A stretch of DNA of 39,562 nt, taken from a virus. Its lineage: Duplodnaviria > Caudoviricetes. The position numbers and the translations under genes are program-made. The notes beneath the pieces are model-generated. The model had not been told where the DNA came from. It saw only the letters and a list, made by a program, of their open reading frames with translations, and did not search any database. Where the stretch lies: positions 1-39,562 of the IMG/VR virus record IMGVR_UViG_3300020181_000006. One strand, 5' to 3'. Within the stretch, counting starts at the first letter, position 1, and the number at the start of each line of letters is the position of its first letter. Positions 35,877 to 39,562 of the stretch are shown in pieces.

Positions 35877-37147
35877 CCTATATAGTATTCGTATGACCGG
35901 TGTGAATGCGTATAAAGTCCGTACCTGAAAGCATCCATGAAATGGTTGTTCTTATCTTCTGCCCTGTCAGTCGGGTTCTTTTCCTTGTCAAGCGCCCATT
36001 TGTATTCCTGATATTCAAGTGCTGCGTTGGGGCTGTCTTCGGTCAAATGCACAATCTTTGACTGAATGTATTTTATCCCAGCGTTTACGCTATCGGTTCC
36101 TTTCAATGCCGGTTCCACAAACCATCCGAGATCCTGAAGTTCTTGAATACTTTTTGGCTCTGCACTATCGGCGTAGATGCATAATGATTTATCTACGCCG
36201 ATATCTTCCATAAGGCGCGAAAGTTCGGGATTGGTCAGGCCAGCCATGTAGATTAGTTCGCGGGCATAGGCCTTATTGTTATGCTCCTGTATTTCAACCA
36301 GGGCGACCGGATCGCTGGAATAACCGAAGTCAAGACCGTAATACATATCGTATCCTTCATCGGGCATGGACTTGATGAACTTCCAATCCCGGAAAATGCG
36401 GCCCTTTGCGCCTTCTGATACGAGGCCCTCTACCATCGTATAATAATGATCCGGATTGTATAAATGGCTGCTTGGGTTTCCATACGCCATGAACTTTTCT
36501 ACGGTAGTCCGGTTCATGTTGGAAATATTATCCCTGTAGGTGGTGTGTATGCTGGTAAATCCGTCGATTTGTTTCTTCTCCGCTGTATAATACCCTTTGT
36601 ACTCGCTTTCTGTCAGATTGTAGAATCGCCTGATCAGCCAGTGGTTTTTTGATGGAGGGTTAAACAGGCAAATAATCTGGATGGTATCGACCTTGACGGT
36701 TCTTAGTGTGTCGTCCAGCTGGTTAAATTCTTCTTCGCTGCATTCCTCGGCTTCTTCTATCAGCACATGGGTCATGCCCGCCAAAGACTTCATCTTTGCG
36801 CTATGTGTGCCGCTGGATTTCCTGAAGCCTTTTGAGATAATACTGTTTCCCGTTGGCCTGTAGGTGGCCGTCATCAGGCTTTCGTTAAAGTCGAATAGCG
36901 ATTCATCGATGCCGTTTTCCTCTATCCTGTCTTTGAAGTCCTTCCAAAGGCTATTGCGGATATCCCCGAAGACGTGCCGCATGAAGCAGCCCCGGAAGTA
37001 ATCAGGCTGCATTATTTTGAAAAGGAAATAATCAGTACCAAAGTGAGATCCTCCGCGGCCGCGGCCTCCCCAAATATGGATATGCCTGTCCTTTGAGAAA
37101 AAGACAGGCTCGAAGCACGCGTTGAAGGTTTGGCTAATCGTTTCCAT
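35873..37147 (-). CDS. terL: Terminase large subunit (PBSX/SPP1-like)
   Basis: Walker A GGRGRGGS, Walker B VLIEEA, FNPP, YGLDFGYS.DP, YADSAEP, NHFMDA.RY. Confidence 0.95.
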   Translation of the reverse strand: METISQTFNACFEPVFFSKDRHIHIWGGRGRGGSHFGTDYFLFKIMQPDYFRGCFMRHVFGDIRNSLWKDFKDRIEENGIDESLFDFNESLMTATYRPTGNSIISKGFRKSSGTHSAKMKSLAGMTHVLIEEAEECSEEEFNQLDDTLRTVKVDTIQIICLFNPPSKNHWLIRRFYNLTESEYKGYYTAEKKQIDGFTSIHTTYRDNISNMNRTTVEKFMAYGNPSSHLYNPDHYYTMVEGLVSEGAKGRIFRDWKFIKSMPDEGYDMYYGLDFGYSSDPVALVEIQEHNNKAYARELIYMAGLTNPELSRLMEDIGVDKSLCIYADSAEPKSIQELQDLGWFVEPALKGTDSVNAGIKYIQSKIVHLTEDSPNAALEYQEYKWALDKEKNPTDRAEDKNNHFMDAFRYGLYTHSHRSYEYYIG

Positions 37148-37589
37148 TCATGTGCTTGAATATTACTTCGTGCTTGTGGGCTATGGGTTTGCCGTCTTCA
37201 CCTGCGTGCTCATTGATGATTTTATCAGAGAACTTTTTAGGGTTCATCTTGCCAAGCATCCATTTTCTGGCGTCGATCCTGAGACGTGACCGGTTTATCA
37301 CTTCGTTATTGACCCTGGGTATACCGTCCTCGTCAAGAACTACGTCGTTGGTGCTATCGTCGGCAATGCTGAGTATTTCCTCAAACATCATTTCTGCCCT
37401 AACATTGGCAGCATATGCGTATTGTTGTGCTTTATTAAGGTCGCTATTTATCAGATCATAGAACTTTTTCCATTTGACAGGCGGATTATTGCGAAAGATA
37501 CTTCGCAAGGATTCTCCCTCACATATCCTATCAAGCACCTGCTTAAATTCAGCGTCCCAATTTTTGCCTGATCCGACGGTCTTTGCCAT
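37134..37589 (-). CDS. terS: Terminase small subunit (Sf6-like)
   Basis: I.EGESLRSI...EEIL.IADD...RSRLRIDARKW.L.K.NPKK. Confidence 0.9.
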   Translation of the reverse strand: MAKTVGSGKNWDAEFKQVLDRICEGESLRSIFRNNPPVKWKKFYDLINSDLNKAQQYAYAANVRAEMMFEEILSIADDSTNDVVLDEDGIPRVNNEVINRSRLRIDARKWMLGKMNPKKFSDKIINEHAGEDGKPIAHKHEVIFKHMNGND

Positions 37590-37593
37590 AATA

Positions 37594-37625
37594 CAAATAT
37601 ATAGCTTCTCGATAAATATACCAAA
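37594..37625 (-). promoter_or_regulatory. Putative late promoter, near-leaderless, for terS
   Basis: TTTG-N20-TATATTTG ending a few nt before the ATG; TTTATCGA in the spacer. Confidence 0.7.
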
Positions 37626-37729
37626 TATCGATATTTTATAGCGTGGTAAAGTCTAAATTTTGTTTACTTTTTCTATGGTTTACAGTGTCGGTGGACAGGG
37701 TTTCAATTTTTATAGTTCCGGGGCGAGGC

Positions 37730-37975
37730 TTAGGCGTTTTCTTTCAATTGCTCAGGAGGCGTATACCAATAACTCCTATCTTTGGCAGATGGGGCCCCAA
37801 TAGGCCTGCTCAAGTCAGAGTACACCACTTCGTTGCAATCTGCAATAACGATTTTGCCGCCGTTGCTTTCATATACCACACCTGCATTCAGTCTGACCTC
37901 TCCATCGTACAACAAACCTACTTCCTTATCTTGTGGAAGTTTCTTTAGTTCCTTTATCAACTCTGATACTTTCAT
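37730..37975 (-). CDS. Hypothetical protein (MKVSELI..L..LPQD family)
   Basis: Common small-phage-protein N-terminus. Confidence 0.7.
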   Translation of the reverse strand: MKVSELIKELKKLPQDKEVGLLYDGEVRLNAGVVYESNGGKIVIADCNEVVYSDLSRPIGAPSAKDRSYWYTPPEQLKENA

Positions 37976-38002
37976 ACTGCTAATTTACAGATTTTTAAAA
38001 TG

Positions 38003-38027
38003 AAAAAGGCCAGGTAGGGGCCCGGCC
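38003..38027 (-). terminator. Intrinsic terminator
   Basis: GGCCGGG-CCCCTA-CCTGGCC-TTTTT on the minus strand. Confidence 0.75.
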
Positions 38028-38245
38028 AATTTCGTTTTCTCTCCGCTCAAGAAGAATCATTCTTTTATACTATTTAAGTATAAATATTTCCTTAGTGGTG
38101 AAGCCATCGATCCGAGAGAGTTTAACCCCCTTTCCCCCTTAGTCAATTCTGAGGAGAAAATGGGTTTTCTTCGTTTCAATGACTCTACTTCCTTGAGCGG
38201 AGCCAGCCATGTACCTGTCAGGTTGTACCCCCATTATCCAGACAT
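38003..38245 (-). ncRNA. Candidate stand-alone structured RNA of about 240 nt
   Basis: Promoter-like TTTG-N20-GATATTTG upstream, terminator downstream, long closing stem and internal hairpins, no ORF of 60 aa or more. Confidence 0.55.
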
Positions 38246-38286
38246 AGCAAATATCGAAAAGATATATTAAATATCCAAATAATCGA

Positions 38287-39474
38287 TTAAAACCTCACCG
38301 TTTCCCCTACGACCTTCCCGGACATAGCCGCACCCAGGTCCCGAATGTAATTTTCAAAACTCGTATAATCATCATGCCCGGTAAGCTGCATAGCTTCGGC
38401 CAATGTAAGACCCAACCGGATCAGATCGATACACCTATTGTGCTTCCATCCGTAAATTGAATATTTTCGGTCTAGGCCAAATTTATCCTTTATCGGCTTG
38501 TACCTGTTGGTAAAAAAGTTGACACTTACCGGTGTTTGGGATCCATAAAACCCGGGTCCAAATAGGAACCTTTCTCGTGGATATTGATAAATATTTATTT
38601 CGTCAAACCATTCCTTAAGTTCTGTACAAAGCGGAACGAACCTTTCCCCGGTCTTGCCATCGGTAATTCTTATTGTGCCTCTTACGGTGTCAATATCACC
38701 AATCCGTACAAACCTGGCTTCTTTCTTGGGGCGCGAACAGGAGTAATAAATATACTGGCAATACGAATGCATAAAGGCATCGTTTTCTGCCATGTATTCC
38801 TTTATATTTTTCGCAAGCTCGGTATCGTAATAGGTATTCTTGGTTGCTTTAGTTTTTTGGGCATCTATGCCGATTGCGGGGTTGTTCTGAATGAGTTGCT
38901 TTTTATCACGAAGGAAGATGAAAATAGACGAAACAAATTCCTTGTAATTGTTCCGGGTGCGCGGTGACCAGTTACGCTCCTCTTGACAATCTGAAAGGAA
39001 CGTCTCGATATGATCAGTGGTAATTTTCCCCGGCTCTACCTTCAGTAGGTCCTGGGAGGACAACCATTCCTTAAACCACTTACAAAGGTTCTCATAGTCT
39101 ATGATTGTCTTATCGGAGAGCTTCCTGGACTTTCGGTTCTGGATGAACAGCTCGAGAGCGGTATTCATATTCACAGAATTTTCAGATATAGCTCGCCTCT
39201 CATGGATCTTATTAACTCTCCCCTCATCCGCGAACGGATTTATTATTCCACTCCGAAGGCCATTATTAATGACCTGGATAACCCCGGCTGCATATTCTTC
39301 CGCTGCAGCATCCCCTTTATGTTTTCGGACGTAATTGATATCGGAGCGATCCCGGAAACGTTCAAACCTTTTGCCTGGCGGTTTTAGTTCTACCGGATAC
39401 CTGTATTGGTATTCAATATACCAATCCTTACCTGTCTTTTTAAGGACAGCTTCACGGTATTGTGGTTGCCCCAT
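38287..39474 (-). CDS. int: Tyrosine integrase
   Basis: Core-binding domain (S.RTRNNY, NPA), catalytic R (SRPKKE), K (GKTG), YGWKH, GH, Y (NYIR); adjacent to attP. Confidence 0.92.
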   Translation of the reverse strand: MGQPQYREAVLKKTGKDWYIEYQYRYPVELKPPGKRFERFRDRSDINYVRKHKGDAAAEEYAAGVIQVINNGLRSGIINPFADEGRVNKIHERRAISENSVNMNTALELFIQNRKSRKLSDKTIIDYENLCKWFKEWLSSQDLLKVEPGKITTDHIETFLSDCQEERNWSPRTRNNYKEFVSSIFIFLRDKKQLIQNNPAIGIDAQKTKATKNTYYDTELAKNIKEYMAENDAFMHSYCQYIYYSCSRPKKEARFVRIGDIDTVRGTIRITDGKTGERFVPLCTELKEWFDEINIYQYPRERFLFGPGFYGSQTPVSVNFFTNRYKPIKDKFGLDRKYSIYGWKHNRCIDLIRLGLTLAEAMQLTGHDDYTSFENYIRDLGAAMSGKVVGETVRF

Positions 39475-39562
39475 CAGCTTCTTAAACTTGTCCGATATCT
39501 GTCCGTATTTATTAAAAATGCCCCTAACGATATCATTAGGGGCATCCGTGCTCAGGGTGGGA
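39436..39562. repeat. Terminal direct repeat, copy 2
   Basis: Identical to 1-127. Confidence 0.95.

Larger units (their letters stand above)
1..39562. mobile_element. Complete temperate phage genome (siphovirus-type, Bacteroidota host), excised/circular form
   Basis: Integration, immunity, replication, lysis, tail, head and packaging modules are all present; ends overlap by 127 bp; an intact attP lies next to the integrase; no host housekeeping genes. Confidence 0.95.

Noticed and set aside
39436-39562. Terminal repeat as biological DTR or attL/attR
   Set aside because: It is exactly 127 bp, cuts through the integrase 5' end and stops inside the att core, so it is best explained as k-mer overlap of a circular contig

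Overview
The window is a complete, circularly assembled temperate siphovirus genome of about 39,435 bp; bases 1-127 are repeated exactly at 39436-39562. The host is a Bacteroidota bacterium, judged from TTTG-N20-TAnnTTTG promoters, a Bacteroidota-type lipoprotein signal, an integrase variant and a CTAA-N5-TTAG SOS box. Gene order: attP with a tRNA 3'-end core; two HTH-coiled-coil repressors; an early operon (Sak-like recombinase, SSB, PAPS-reductase-like enzyme, PD-(D/E)XK nuclease, replication initiator with internal iterons, NinG, YopX, NUMOD4-HNH); a SRAP cassette; then, on the minus strand, lysis, tail and head genes, terminase and tyrosine integrase. The most notable features are: (i) a translationally coupled head-fibre / membrane peptide / SAM-methyltransferase / two-domain glycosyltransferase cassette inside the capsid module, a candidate virion glycosylation system; (ii) two ORF-poor, highly structured RNA candidates at about 5711-5925 and 38003-38245; (iii) repressors lacking a self-cleavage domain, plus an SOS-boxed orphan gene that could be an antirepressor; (iv) a shared TCGA-containing late-promoter motif. 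All protein calls come from motif recognition and synteny; no database searches were run.
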